From positions 38 through 64,037 of the forward strand of contig JBAZUI010000002.1 in NCBI GenBank assembly GCA_041661425.1: a stretch of 64,000 nt of DNA. Direction: 5' to 3'. Every line of letters starts with the position of its first letter. The stretch's first letter is position 1. Below the pieces are notes generated by a model, which was not told where the DNA came from, did no database searches, and saw only the letters and a list, made by a program, of their open reading frames with translations. This document shows, one piece after another, positions 1-9,757 of this stretch. A program made the translations under genes and the position numbers. The DNA comes from Patescibacteria group bacterium (lineage in GTDB: Bacteria; Patescibacteriota; Patescibacteriia; UBA9934).

Positions 1-1463
1 TCAAGAAGATTGGCGCTCAATGCTTTTGTTGTGGTGTATGTTGCCGAATGATCAACCTGGATAAGATCACCGTTTGTCAGAACTGATGATGTTGATTGTA
101 GGTCAATAGCATGTCCTGAGGTAAGCCCATCCGCACTCAAGGCAAAAAGGTTACCAATCGTTGTTCCATCCGCATTAACGACCACAGAATCCGCTGTTGT
201 TGCCGCACTGTCAACTTGTATCGAAGGACCACCGATTGCTTCCGAATCAATGGCAAGAGCCGCGCCAGTAGAGCCTGCGGAATTTTGATCCAGAAATAAG
301 ATATTCGCCGTATCGACAATTGAGCCCGCCAAAGCCGTTGTTGAACTTGAGAGTGTCGCAAGCGCTCCACTGAGGCCAAGAATATTTCCCCCACTATTCA
401 TGGTTAAGTCGCGTGACAAATCAAGAAGATTACCACTCAATCCTTTTGTAGAGACATAGGTCGCTGTATGATCCACCTGGATGAGATCGCCGCCTGTAAG
501 AACCGGGGAGGTTGATTGCATATCAATTCCGTTTCCCCATGTCAGGGCATCGACACTTAAAGCGAGGAGATTCCCGGTATTTGTTGAATCCGCTGTCACA
601 TCAATCGTATTTCCTGATGTTGAAGCGCTCGCAACTAGGATCGAAGCGGCCGTGGTTGCTTCGGAATCAATGCTCAGTGAATTCCCATTTCCGTGTTGAT
701 CGATAAATAACGATCGACCATCTCCGGCATTTTCTAAAACAAGCGTATCGACATCACCGCTTACATCGTTATTATCAATAACAAATGCATCATAAGCCGC
801 ATTGATTCCATCAACCGCAACAACGAACTCAAGGCCATTATGTGTTCCGGATCCATTATCATCAAGGGCGACTATAGCGGCACCCGTCTCGTAATTATCA
901 TACGCATCATTGAGGTCGATATCGGTAAGGAGAGCAAATTCACTCGAGTCCAACCCGTCTAGCATATCCGCATTCAACGCATATGGCGCCGCAACCATGA
1001 GTCGGCGAGGAGTTAATGTTTCGCCGGCAACAACCACCTCAAGATAGACCGCCGCATGCTCTCCGAAGACCGTATCGCTAATGGCGGCGTAGGAAGCTCC
1101 GGTATCTCCTAAATTTTCAGAGAATAATCCATCAGTCAACGTAACGCTTCGAGCAAGTGCCGATGCGCACGTTGCAGAAGAATTTGACCAAAGACAGCTT
1201 CCTCCGGTAAGTGCATCATAGAGTTTAAAAGAGATATTGATAGTCGCGTCCGTCAATGGAACACCGTTCGCGTTCAAGAGTCTCCCTTGATATCCAATGA
1301 TGTTATTTGGACTCGCTCCTGCGGCATTTGCTTGAAAGACTTGAAGCCCCGTCACCCCAAAAATAAAAGCAAAAACAAAAAACAGAACGAATAATTTCGT
1401 TATCTTTTTGAGCGGATTCAAGAAAAATTCCTCATGCTTCATACCGCAAGAGGTGGATTCCAT
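1..1463 (-). CDS. Large secreted surface/fibre-like repeat protein, 5' part (runs off window start)
   Basis: Not in the ORF track because it has no stop in the window. ATG at 1463 with GGAGGTG SD; reads MESTSCG...signal-like hydrophobic stretch...IIGYQGRLLNANGVPL...APYALNADMLDGLDS; internal 420-nt repeat. Confidence 0.75.
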   Translation of the reverse strand, partial: MESTSCGMKHEEFFLNPLKKITKLFVLFFVFAFIFGVTGLQVFQANAAGASPNNIIGYQGRLLNANGVPLTDATINISFKLYDALTGGSCLWSNSSATCASALARSVTLTDGLFSENLGDTGASYAAISDTVFGEHAAVYLEVVVAGETLTPRRLMVAAPYALNADMLDGLDSSEFALLTDIDLNDAYDNYETGAAIVALDDNGSGTHNGLEFVVAVDGINAAYDAFVIDNNDVSGDVDTLVLENAGDGRSLFIDQHGNGNSLSIDSEATTAASILVASASTSGNTIDVTADSTNTGNLLALSVDALTWGNGIDMQSTSPVLTGGDLIQVDHTATYVSTKGLSGNLLDLSRDLTMNSGGNILGLSGALATLSSSTTALAGSIVDTANILFLDQNSAGSTGAALAIDSEAIGGPSIQVDSAATTADSVVVNADGTTIGNLFALSADGLTSGHAIDLQSTSSVLTNGDLIQVDHSATYTTTKALSANLL

Positions 1464-1500
1464 AAAAATTCACCTCCCACGATATGAATATCATTCATCA

Positions 1501-4500
1501 TTATACCTGGCGAGCTAGGGGGACATCAACAGAGATGGGGGTAAGTTCTTTTTTATTTCGATAATCAATCGGGCGTACTTCCCGCGGTTCATATCCCGTC
1601 TTCTCGAATGTGGCGTAATATTCATTCGGACCCACTAAAAATGTATACCGTCCCTCCCGATCCGTTATCGCGGTTTCAAGTAATTTATGATACTTTGGCT
1701 CAAATAATCGAACAATGGTATTTGCAAGAGGCGAACGAGTCTTTGCTTCGTACACAATCCCCCATCCTTTTTTCTTTTTTGGACGAATGAGAAGCCGAGT
1801 CATCAGATAAATAATCGCTTGAACTCCAAGCATGCAGTAGGAAAAAGTCGATGGTTGAATAATCACAACATAAAATGCGAGGATGATTCCCGTAAGAGCC
1901 AATATGTTCTGAAACACTCTTATCATTTTTTCGTAACGAATTCTCTTCACGACCTTCGCCCCCTCCTCGCTTACAGGATCAACCGGGATGTTCGCGGCAA
2001 TAACTGCCTGTCTGTCAGTCACCTGTAAGTACCCTTCTGTATAAAGATCAAGGTACTTCCCATCAGCTTTTTGACCCGAAAGATACCCACTTGGGAAAGT
2101 GAAACCTTGTTTTGTCACCCGAATGAAGTATTTTCCCTCATCGACCTTAAAGAAGTAGCGGCCTAAAGAATCAGTCACCATTGTTCGAACGAGTTTTCCA
2201 TTTTCCCCGTATAATCGAACCACCGCTAAATCGATCGGTACTTTTGTGACCGCGTTATAAATAATGCCAAAATTCTGACGTCGTCGACGGGCAAAGAAAA
2301 GAATTGGAGCGGTAAACAAATACTGAAGAATCGCGAAGATATTAAAGGAGGTTGCAAGGACTGCTGCGCTCGAAACAGCTGTCGCAATAACGATTGGGGC
2401 GGCAATATCCGCCACAGTCTGAACTTCCGCAATTCCACGGACGTCCGAAATAACCGCTGAAATCGCGACATAAGTATTCCCAGCGACTTCTGAAATGATA
2501 TCTGTCGGCTCTTCGACAATAATCGGTTCTTCATTTCGTCTCATTTCAATAACTGGAGCAAGAATTTGATTAGAAACAACAAATGCAAGCTCCTCTGTTT
2601 CATGTCCGTTTTTTTCAATCCGTACAAGATAAATCCCGTTTGGGGCATACCAGCCAACCGCCCCATCATTGCCGGTTGTCATGGGATTATTTTGACCATT
2701 CCACAAAGATCCCGACTGCAAAACAGTGACGACGACCCCGGAAACAGGAATATTTTGACCGTCGATTACCTCATAAATCAAACCATACGATTGCGGAGCG
2801 AGTCCAACACTCGTTCGTGTGCTTCCATCACGAAAACGGACCTCGACGATAATCGTATTGACGCCTCCTGGAATAGGAGCGGAAACAAAGTAGACTCCAT
2901 CAGTGACCTCGGATGGAAAATAGTCCTGATTACCAATAATCACCGTCACATCAGTGACTTCATCGTTATCCGGAACCTCTGTTCGAATAAGAACTGGAAT
3001 GCCGGGTAAAACCGACACCCCATCTTCCCCGCCGATTTCAACAGAACCATCGGAAGAAGTAACCGTGACATCAACCTCATACGCAACACCCGTTGTCTCG
3101 GTTGTTGTTTCTGGTGCTGCTCCTGGCGTCGAGGGTGTTTCCTCCGTTGCTCCAGGCTCTTCACCAGGTTCTTCACCGGTTTCCTCACCTGGCTCTTCTA
3201 CCGGAGGAATAATCGGCGGTTCAGTCGGCGGCTCAACCGGAGGTTCCTCGGGCGGCAATTCTTCCTCTAGCTCCTCTTCTTCGATGATTTCTGTTGTCTC
3301 AATGGTAAATGGGGCATTCGATACATCGGAGGAGATCGCTGTATCAGCAGAGAGGCCTTCAATTTTGATAAGAACATTCGTACTTTCCAATGATGGAAGT
3401 GTCCATTGATAGGCTCCATCGTTTGTTTCGCTTGATGCAATTGAGGTATAGCTACCCCCACCGTTTAATGAATAAAACAAATTTATCGCTGTGATCATGG
3501 ATCCGGACGTCCAGGTAATAACATGCGAGGAGCTCGGCTCATACACTTCCCCGCCATTTGGACCCGTGACTGTTACAAGATAATCAGCACCGATCGATGA
3601 TCCGATAATCGTAAAATTTGCATCCGAACTATCGGTTGTAAGAATCGTGGAAGCGTCCATCCCATTGATTTTCACGCGAGCGCGCGTTGTTGTGACGTCT
3701 GGGACGAGCCAAGTGTAGGTGCCGTCATTTGATTCGCTCGCGACAATGCCTGCGTAGCTGGCTCCGCCGTCAATCGAATAGTACAAATCAACTAAACCGG
3801 CGGCCTCACCATGCGACCAAAGAATGCTTGCAAAATCCGAGCCGTCGAGGACCTCACCGCCATTTGGCGCATCGAGTACGATGGAATATTCGGGAGACGG
3901 ATCGCCTTCTGGACCTCCGCCACTCCCTCCAGGAACTAAGGTTGGAACACTCGCTGCAACATTTCCGCCTTCACGACTCACGATAGGAACGGGAATCGAA
4001 CCCCGATCATCGAAGCTTGGTCCAAAATTTCCACCGAGAGCCAAAAAATAGGTTGCAACAGAACCTGGATTCGTGACTTGATTTGCCCCAATACCACTCG
4101 CTGATGCATTCGTTCCAATTTCAATAATCACCGTGCTTGCCGCTGTAATCGCCCCTCCATCGCCGGCACAAATCGAGATAGTCAGAACGTCCGTGACCAT
4201 TGTTACCGAAGCCTGCTCCGTTCCGGTACAATCAGCTGCAGTCGTGAGATCGACACTATCATCTGAAATATCAACATCATCTTCCGTTATACTAGTAGTC
4301 GTAAAACTACTGGGAAACGTTACAAGTATCTCTCGCCCCTCATCGATATCGCTTGCAGTCACAAAAAGAATTCGATGATTTGAAGGCGCGGAAGTCAAGA
4401 GTGTTGAGGGTTGGTCATAAACACTCGTCACCGTTGCAGAGAAAACAATCGAGGGGAAAAGCCAAAAAAATCCAATCGCAACAACGATGGTTTTCCAAAA

Positions 4501-4518
4501 ACGACGAACTCGATTCAT
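1501..4518 (-). CDS. Large membrane-anchored surface protein (two Ig-like PNGGE repeats, Pro/Glu linker, carboxypeptidase-regulatory-like domains)
   Basis: ORF 1501..4599; start moved to ATG 4518, which overlaps the upstream TGA (ATGA); signal peptide, duplicated PNGGE..W..YS..GG.SY..NDG.Y.W, C-terminal TM helices and TD..GRY.F motifs. Confidence 0.75.
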   Translation of the reverse strand: MNRVRRFWKTIVVAIGFFWLFPSIVFSATVTSVYDQPSTLLTSAPSNHRILFVTASDIDEGREILVTFPSSFTTTSITEDDVDISDDSVDLTTAADCTGTEQASVTMVTDVLTISICAGDGGAITAASTVIIEIGTNASASGIGANQVTNPGSVATYFLALGGNFGPSFDDRGSIPVPIVSREGGNVAASVPTLVPGGSGGGPEGDPSPEYSIVLDAPNGGEVLDGSDFASILWSHGEAAGLVDLYYSIDGGASYAGIVASESNDGTYTWLVPDVTTTRARVKINGMDASTILTTDSSDANFTIIGSSIGADYLVTVTGPNGGEVYEPSSSHVITWTSGSMITAINLFYSLNGGGSYTSIASSETNDGAYQWTLPSLESTNVLIKIEGLSADTAISSDVSNAPFTIETTEIIEEEELEEELPPEEPPVEPPTEPPIIPPVEEPGEETGEEPGEEPGATEETPSTPGAAPETTTETTGVAYEVDVTVTSSDGSVEIGGEDGVSVLPGIPVLIRTEVPDNDEVTDVTVIIGNQDYFPSEVTDGVYFVSAPIPGGVNTIIVEVRFRDGSTRTSVGLAPQSYGLIYEVIDGQNIPVSGVVVTVLQSGSLWNGQNNPMTTGNDGAVGWYAPNGIYLVRIEKNGHETEELAFVVSNQILAPVIEMRRNEEPIIVEEPTDIISEVAGNTYVAISAVISDVRGIAEVQTVADIAAPIVIATAVSSAAVLATSFNIFAILQYLFTAPILFFARRRRQNFGIIYNAVTKVPIDLAVVRLYGENGKLVRTMVTDSLGRYFFKVDEGKYFIRVTKQGFTFPSGYLSGQKADGKYLDLYTEGYLQVTDRQAVIAANIPVDPVSEEGAKVVKRIRYEKMIRVFQNILALTGIILAFYVVIIQPSTFSYCMLGVQAIIYLMTRLLIRPKKKKGWGIVYEAKTRSPLANTIVRLFEPKYHKLLETAITDREGRYTFLVGPNEYYATFEKTGYEPREVRPIDYRNKKELTPISVDVPLARQV

Positions 4519-5429
4519 CTCCATATTCTCGACCGTGCAAAGAAGAAGACGGCGAGCGCCAAAGAAGTCAAAAAGCCAAGAACGAGAGCGAGTCGCCATG
4601 GGAAAACAACAATCCAGAATGGCGGAGGCGAAACGCTCGTATCTTCAAATGGTAGAATCACGGATTCGATTTTGAAAATACCGATGGTAAAATGTTTCAT
4701 TTCCTCCAAAATTTCCTGCAGAAAACCTTCTTCGTAATCGTTATTGCCCCACAAGACTGATAATGTTCTTGTCTGGCCGGGAAGAATTCTCTGCGAGGAT
4801 TCGTTGAAGGTCAAAACATTTACAATGGATCCAAAAAGATTTCGAATCGTGATGGCGCCACTTGGCTGACTCATGCGCTGACCATCATTCTCTATTGTAG
4901 CAGAAAACTCAATTGGGAGATGTGCAAAAAATTCTTTTGTTGCTGAAAAATTCGAAATATCAGCGTGAGTCTCCATTTTGCCTTCAACGGTAAGGAAAAG
5001 TAAAGACACGGCGCCGTAGTTCACTGAAATGTTTGTTGGATTCCCCGCTTCCTCAAGCGCCTGAATACCAAATACATAACTACCGGGCCTTAAATCACTC
5101 GGGACATTGATATTCACAAGTAAGGAACGATTTTCTTTCGGAGCAAGCGAGACATTAGTTACCTCAGGAACGATCCATTGAGCGCCAATTTTCGTGGAAA
5201 GAAAAACAATATCCTGTGAATCCGAATCAACACTGGCATCCAGTACTTTAATCGAATAATTGTTTGAAAATTCACTACTATTCTCGATCAGAATCTCAAA
5301 AGAAAACGAAAATCCTTGTGACAATGAGATGTCGATATTCTCTGGCGCCAAAAGCATGGCAAAAGCCTGAGAATACCCTAAAAACAAAAAAAGACCTGCA
5401 AAAACGAGGCTTTTAGTAATCACCCACAT
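4515..5429 (-). CDS. Secreted, C-terminally anchored protein, DUF916/WxL-interacting-like
   Basis: Signal peptide, Ig-like segment (VSLAPKENRSLLVNINVP...PGSY), ILPGQTR motif, C-terminal PW + TM helix; family call is by recall. Confidence 0.55.
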   Translation of the reverse strand: MWVITKSLVFAGLFLFLGYSQAFAMLLAPENIDISLSQGFSFSFEILIENSSEFSNNYSIKVLDASVDSDSQDIVFLSTKIGAQWIVPEVTNVSLAPKENRSLLVNINVPSDLRPGSYVFGIQALEEAGNPTNISVNYGAVSLLFLTVEGKMETHADISNFSATKEFFAHLPIEFSATIENDGQRMSQPSGAITIRNLFGSIVNVLTFNESSQRILPGQTRTLSVLWGNNDYEEGFLQEILEEMKHFTIGIFKIESVILPFEDTSVSPPPFWIVVFPWRLALVLGFLTSLALAVFFFARSRIWR

Positions 5430-6342
5430 AAAGGAACGAGAGACTCTGTGAGTAATTCGCGGATGCCTGTGCTGTCTCGACTCCAACCTTCAGGGTTAGA
5501 AAATCACGTGATGAAAAACTCATGGCGCTTCGGCTGCTCACTTGTTGCGGAGATAATGTGATCCCCGTATCTGCCGTATCAAACGTCGAAGCGGACAGTG
5601 TCGTGTCCGATGAGCGAGCACCGTATTCAGAGGCACCGGTTGATACCGTCCCATCGGCAACATCAGGGATCGTGTACAAAGCACCTGCATCCCGTAGTTC
5701 CCCATCTTCCGTCACATAGACGCTGTAGCCATGGTCATCTTCAACGCTAACTTCCCAGGCAATTATTCCCGTTGCCGTCGACATATTTGAAAGCGTCCCA
5801 AATGAAACTGACGATGCATCGAGAACATAGGCATAATCCGTCGATCCATCGATAACAGGAGCGACTCCACTATTGGTCCAGGCGTCAACAGTAATGTCAT
5901 TCCCTGCAATTAAGATGATTTTCCCAATAGCGGATATCTGCGATTCACCGCTATCCTGAACAATCGCCATCATATCATCAACTGAAAATCCGCTTGCGCT
6001 CGTGACCGTTACCGTATTACTGCTAAGCGTTGTTGCCGCCACTTCAGAACTCCGATCTTGAATGTATACAATAAAATCAGCGACGCGATCATAAATACCC
6101 GCTCGAAAACCCGGAGTTAACTCGTATGTCGCTGAGGACGACGATAAGAGAGACGATGTACTTGCCGTATCACGAAGTTGATAAGAAGCCGATGACCCGG
6201 TATTACCACCGCCAAATGAAATATCATCAAAACGAATAATATAGTTCGTCGAAGTCATTTCGGCATGAGCAATTGTCGAGCCAAGAAGGCCTATGAGACA
6301 AAAAAAGACGAGTACAGGACCCACTACTTTCATACATTGCAA
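5413..6342 (-). CDS. Secreted Ser/Thr-rich protein, WxL-like C-terminal domain
   Basis: Signal peptide; MTSTNY..GGG..SSASY N-terminus; C-terminal VSFGTL..GYSVYV..G.Y...L.F pattern. Confidence 0.55.
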   Translation of the reverse strand: MQCMKVVGPVLVFFCLIGLLGSTIAHAEMTSTNYIIRFDDISFGGGNTGSSASYQLRDTASTSSLLSSSSATYELTPGFRAGIYDRVADFIVYIQDRSSEVAATTLSSNTVTVTSASGFSVDDMMAIVQDSGESQISAIGKIILIAGNDITVDAWTNSGVAPVIDGSTDYAYVLDASSVSFGTLSNMSTATGIIAWEVSVEDDHGYSVYVTEDGELRDAGALYTIPDVADGTVSTGASEYGARSSDTTLSASTFDTADTGITLSPQQVSSRSAMSFSSRDFLTLKVGVETAQASANYSQSLSFLYVGDY

Positions 6343-6422
6343 TTATATGACGAACAAATCATGTAGTCAAAAAGAAATATTGCTCATTTTAGCCAAATTT
6401 CAATCTTTTTTCTCGATGCTCC

Positions 6423-6472
6423 TGTGGATAACATATGGAAAACCTGGGATTTCTCCCGTTACTTGTGGATAA
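6423..6472. promoter_or_regulatory. Two perfect DnaA boxes (TGTGGATAA)
   Basis: TGTGGATAA at 6423-6431 and 6464-6472. Confidence 0.6.
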
Positions 6473-6492
6473 GTCTGAAAAATCTAGCTTCG

Positions 6493-6520
6493 TTTTTGTC
6501 TACTCTAGCGTAGACAAAAA
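6493..6520. terminator. Hairpin terminator
   Basis: TTTTTGTCTAC-tctagc-GTAGACAAAAA. Confidence 0.55.
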
Positions 6521-6547
6521 AACGTTACATTATGAAAAAATAAGATC

Positions 6548-6838
6548 CTATAAATCTTGAATTTTTTTGTTTTTGCTAACCCAAAATCTTTTAAAAATTG
6601 GTAAAGTCAGGGTTGACAGAAGGAATCCAACTGTCGGAACGACTGCATTTATAAACGCGCGATCAATCCCTATTGCGATAAAATAAACAAAAATCGCTAT
6701 AAAGGTAAATATCATTAGTAGAATCTTTCGAGTGAAGCTCCCCTCCCATCTCTTATCTAGTTCAACTCTTTTATTCCGACTCTCAATCTTACTGATTCGT
6801 TTTTCAAGTTCCTGAAGCTTATCCATAAACAATTTCAA
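6548..6838 (-). CDS. Small membrane protein (coiled N-terminus, 2 TM)
   Basis: 96-aa ORF with two hydrophobic segments. Confidence 0.6.
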   Translation of the reverse strand: MKLFMDKLQELEKRISKIESRNKRVELDKRWEGSFTRKILLMIFTFIAIFVYFIAIGIDRAFINAVVPTVGFLLSTLTLPIFKRFWVSKNKKIQDL

Positions 6839-6849
6839 ATATTCTCTGA

Positions 6850-6987
6850 TGGACCTAGATGGCGGAGTTTATCCACCAAAGCTCTAAAGGAGCGAAGGAG
6901 GAGCGTTCGAATCCTTCGCAAGCCAAATGGTTGGCTTGCTATAAAATACCAACCCACAAGGTTCCAATGATTTGAAACATTCTGGGT
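6850..6987 (-). repeat. tRNA-Ala 3'-end-derived mini-element
   Basis: Inverted T-arm copy at 6905-6914 and degenerate direct repeat of the tRNA 3' end at 6850-6866. Confidence 0.5.
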
Positions 6988-7064
6988 TGGTGGACCTAGG
7001 CGGATTCGAACCGCCGACCTGTGCAATGCGAATGCACCGCTCTAGCCAACTGAGCTATAGGCCC
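6988..7064 (-). tRNA. tRNA-Ala(CGC)
   Basis: GGGCCTATAGCTCAG...GTGCA-TT-CGC-AT-TGCAC...GGTTCGAATCC...GGTCCACCA. Confidence 0.95.
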
Positions 7065-7070
7065 ATATTC

Positions 7071-7147
7071 TGGTGACCCCGGCAGGATTTGAACCTGCAA
7101 TCTTATCCTTAGGACGGATCTGCTTAATCCAATTAAGCTACGGGGTC
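7071..7147 (-). tRNA. tRNA-Arg(CCT)
   Basis: GACCCCGTAGC...ATCC-GT-CCT-AA-GGAT...GGTTCAAATCC...GGGGTCACCA. Confidence 0.92.
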
Positions 7148-7289
7148 TCGACCCGTTCCATGTGGAGTCACCTAGTCTCTCCTGGAACCTGAGTGTCGTA
7201 AAATACTCATTTTGACTCTCCCATTAGTGTATCGAAAAAAAACGCATGTGTCCAGTAAACAAAAAAATATGATACAATCAGCCTTACTT

Positions 7290-8390
7290 ATGGAAACGTA
7301 TATCATACTTTTACTCTGCGCCATTCTTGGACTTTGTATTTGGCTCATATTTGCACGGAACAATAAAAATGACTCGCAAAACATCCTCATTGAGATGAAA
7401 CGCATGCAGGACGAGATGAACCGGATGACGTTCGAGCAGAGGCAGGAGTTGCAGACTCGTCTTGATCGTGTAAACGACTCTGTCAATCGAGGAATGACAT
7501 CATCGCACGATGCCATTCAAAAGCAATTCAGTGAAACAACAAAAGTCATTCAGGACATCACACAGAAAATGACAGAAATCAACTCTACAAATAAACAGGT
7601 TCTCGATTTTTCAAGCCAGTTGCAAAATCTACAGGAAATTTTTAAAAGTCCAAAACAACGTGGGGTGGTTGGTGAATATTTTCTCGAGACCCTATTATCG
7701 AATGTCCTGCCAAAGGATAGCTTTAGCATGCAGTATCCATTGGGAGTCGATGAAAAAACAAATCAAAAGCTCATTGCTGATGCTGTTATTTTTATCCGAG
7801 GCCTTATTATTCCAATCGACTCGAAATTCTCGCTTGAGAATTACAATCGCATGATGGGGGAGACAGATGCAATCCAAAAGGAAAAAAACGAAAAGCTCTT
7901 TAAAGCGGACGTAAAAAATCGAATTGACGAAACAGCAAAATACATTCAAGTTCAAAAAAATACCATGAATTTTGCCTTCATGTTCATTCCAGCAGAAGGC
8001 GTCTACTATAATCTCATGAATGCAGAGGTTGGTTCTGGAGTGAATAGTCGAAATCTCGTTGAATACGCATTTCAACAGCATGTCATGATCGTCTCTCCAA
8101 CCTCGTTTTATGCCTATTTGCAAACGGTTTTGCTTGGATTGCGGGAATTGCAACTTGAAAAATCAACACAGGAGATTCTCCGCCGGGTGAGTGAATTTAA
8201 AAAACACATGCAAGCATATGCCGATGTCCACGATCGGCTTGGCAGAAATCTTGATACCGTTGTCAATCAATACAATCAATCCAATAAAGAGCTTGGAAAG
8301 CTCAGTCGTGACGTTGTGAAAATTTCGGATGGTAACCTTGATGAGATTATTGAAATCGATGACGTGACGAAAACAATTTCCGATACGTAA
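7290..8390 (+). CDS. rmuC: DNA recombination protein RmuC
   Basis: N-terminal TM + coiled coil; KQRGVVGE, IPIDSKFS, FAFMFIPAEG, IVSPTS motifs. Confidence 0.92.
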   Translation: METYIILLLCAILGLCIWLIFARNNKNDSQNILIEMKRMQDEMNRMTFEQRQELQTRLDRVNDSVNRGMTSSHDAIQKQFSETTKVIQDITQKMTEINSTNKQVLDFSSQLQNLQEIFKSPKQRGVVGEYFLETLLSNVLPKDSFSMQYPLGVDEKTNQKLIADAVIFIRGLIIPIDSKFSLENYNRMMGETDAIQKEKNEKLFKADVKNRIDETAKYIQVQKNTMNFAFMFIPAEGVYYNLMNAEVGSGVNSRNLVEYAFQQHVMIVSPTSFYAYLQTVLLGLRELQLEKSTQEILRRVSEFKKHMQAYADVHDRLGRNLDTVVNQYNQSNKELGKLSRDVVKISDGNLDEIIEIDDVTKTISDT

Positions 8391-8413
8391 AATCGGGCTT
8401 TTAGCCCGATTTC
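8389..8413. terminator. Bidirectional terminator rmuC/rpsT
   Basis: AAATCGGGCT-ttt-AGCCCGATTT between convergent genes. Confidence 0.75.
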
Positions 8414-8415
8414 TT

Positions 8416-8673
8416 CTACTTATTGAGAAGTGATTGCATACGCGATTTGATTCGCGCCGCCGAATTCTTTTTAAGAATTCCTTGAGTAACAGCCTTGTCG
8501 GCTTTTTTGTAAATCTCTGGAATCATCTTCTTGGCCTCATCGAGTTTCTTCGCACTTGTAAGTAATCGAAATTGACGTCGAAGCGAATGAAGTTCCGAGA
8601 GTTTTGTCGCGTTACGTGTTGCACGTCGTACACTTTGTCGAAGTGCTTTTTTTGCATTGGCCAAATTTGGCAT
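8416..8673 (-). CDS. rpsT: 30S ribosomal protein S20
   Basis: MPNLANAKKALRQS...DKAV..GILKKNSAARIKSR. Confidence 0.95.
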   Translation of the reverse strand: MPNLANAKKALRQSVRRATRNATKLSELHSLRRQFRLLTSAKKLDEAKKMIPEIYKKADKAVTQGILKKNSAARIKSRMQSLLNK

Positions 8674-8742
8674 AGATTTCGTTCGAGCGTGAACTAGAAA
8701 TAAATGGGACGCGTTGAATACTACGAGATTCTCGTGGTTTCG

Positions 8743-9714
8743 TCAAGCTTTTAGAATGTCAAAAACAATCTTTTCTACAAGAATATGGGGAAGGATTTTG
8801 CTTCGCTTCAGAAGATGATCATAGGTAAATATGCGTTGATAAAGCAAGAAAAGCTTGCTTCTGTCGAATTTCTTCACAAATGGAAGGGTTTTTTGCACCA
8901 CAAATGGCGGAATGGCAAGTGCACCGGCTATCTCTTGCGACCCCGCCCTAGGGTTCTTCTCGAGATAATCGGTCATCCCCAAAAGTAGCTTAATTTGCCG
9001 CATAAGCATCACCCACAAAAAATAGTCATCCGCATCGTGTTTTCTTTGTTCTTCTAGTAAAGTGAACGCTTTCTTTGTGTCTTTTGCCGTCAATGCATCA
9101 AGAAAAGGAAACATCGAATCATCAAAAGAATGCCGTAAAATACTTTCCAAATCTTGCATAACGCAAGCTCGACCAAGACAATAATCCGATAACTTCGTAA
9201 CTTCTTGATGAATAAGCCATGGATCATTCCCAAGTCGGTAGGAGAGCTCTGTAATGATTCGATGATCGCAGATCAATTGATGTTCTCTGGCTTCATTCGA
9301 TATCCAAGCGAATAACTGACTTGTTGAAAAATCCTCAAACGGATACAAAAAAACGTCCGGTCCTTGGCTGAATTGTTTTGCTAGTTCCTTTTTTAAAAAC
9401 TCTTTTTGCGAACAATCGTCGTAGAAAACCAAAATATGATCATTGTTTATTGACGATAGAACTTCCACCCACTTTTTCGAATCCTTCTTCGTAAGAGATG
9501 AGAGGAGATTTCGCAGAATAACAAGACGTCTCTCCGATAAAAACGGTGGGGAAGAGACTAAAATTGAAAAATCATCGACTTTTGAGGATTTATCATAACA
9601 AAAATCAATGATATTGATAGCTGATTTATCAAACCGATCAATAAATCTCAAGCGAATTTCCTTCAATTTTTGTGATGCGAGGAATGTATTCGAACCGAAA
9701 ACAAACAATTTCAT
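8743..9714 (-). CDS. holA: DNA polymerase III delta subunit
   Basis: PFLSERRLVIL, EVTKL, IPPFVVQK; holA-rpsT synteny. Confidence 0.88.
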   Translation of the reverse strand: MKLFVFGSNTFLASQKLKEIRLRFIDRFDKSAINIIDFCYDKSSKVDDFSILVSSPPFLSERRLVILRNLLSSLTKKDSKKWVEVLSSINNDHILVFYDDCSQKEFLKKELAKQFSQGPDVFLYPFEDFSTSQLFAWISNEAREHQLICDHRIITELSYRLGNDPWLIHQEVTKLSDYCLGRACVMQDLESILRHSFDDSMFPFLDALTAKDTKKAFTLLEEQRKHDADDYFLWVMLMRQIKLLLGMTDYLEKNPRAGSQEIAGALAIPPFVVQKTLPFVKKFDRSKLFLLYQRIFTYDHLLKRSKILPHILVEKIVFDILKA

Positions 9715-9757
9715 ACCGACAACATCTTACCACGGCTTCAATACCTGACCAGAACAT

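Noticed and set aside
3180-3290. Low-complexity repeats as a DNA repeat element
   Set aside because: They encode the Pro/Glu-rich linker of the surface protein.
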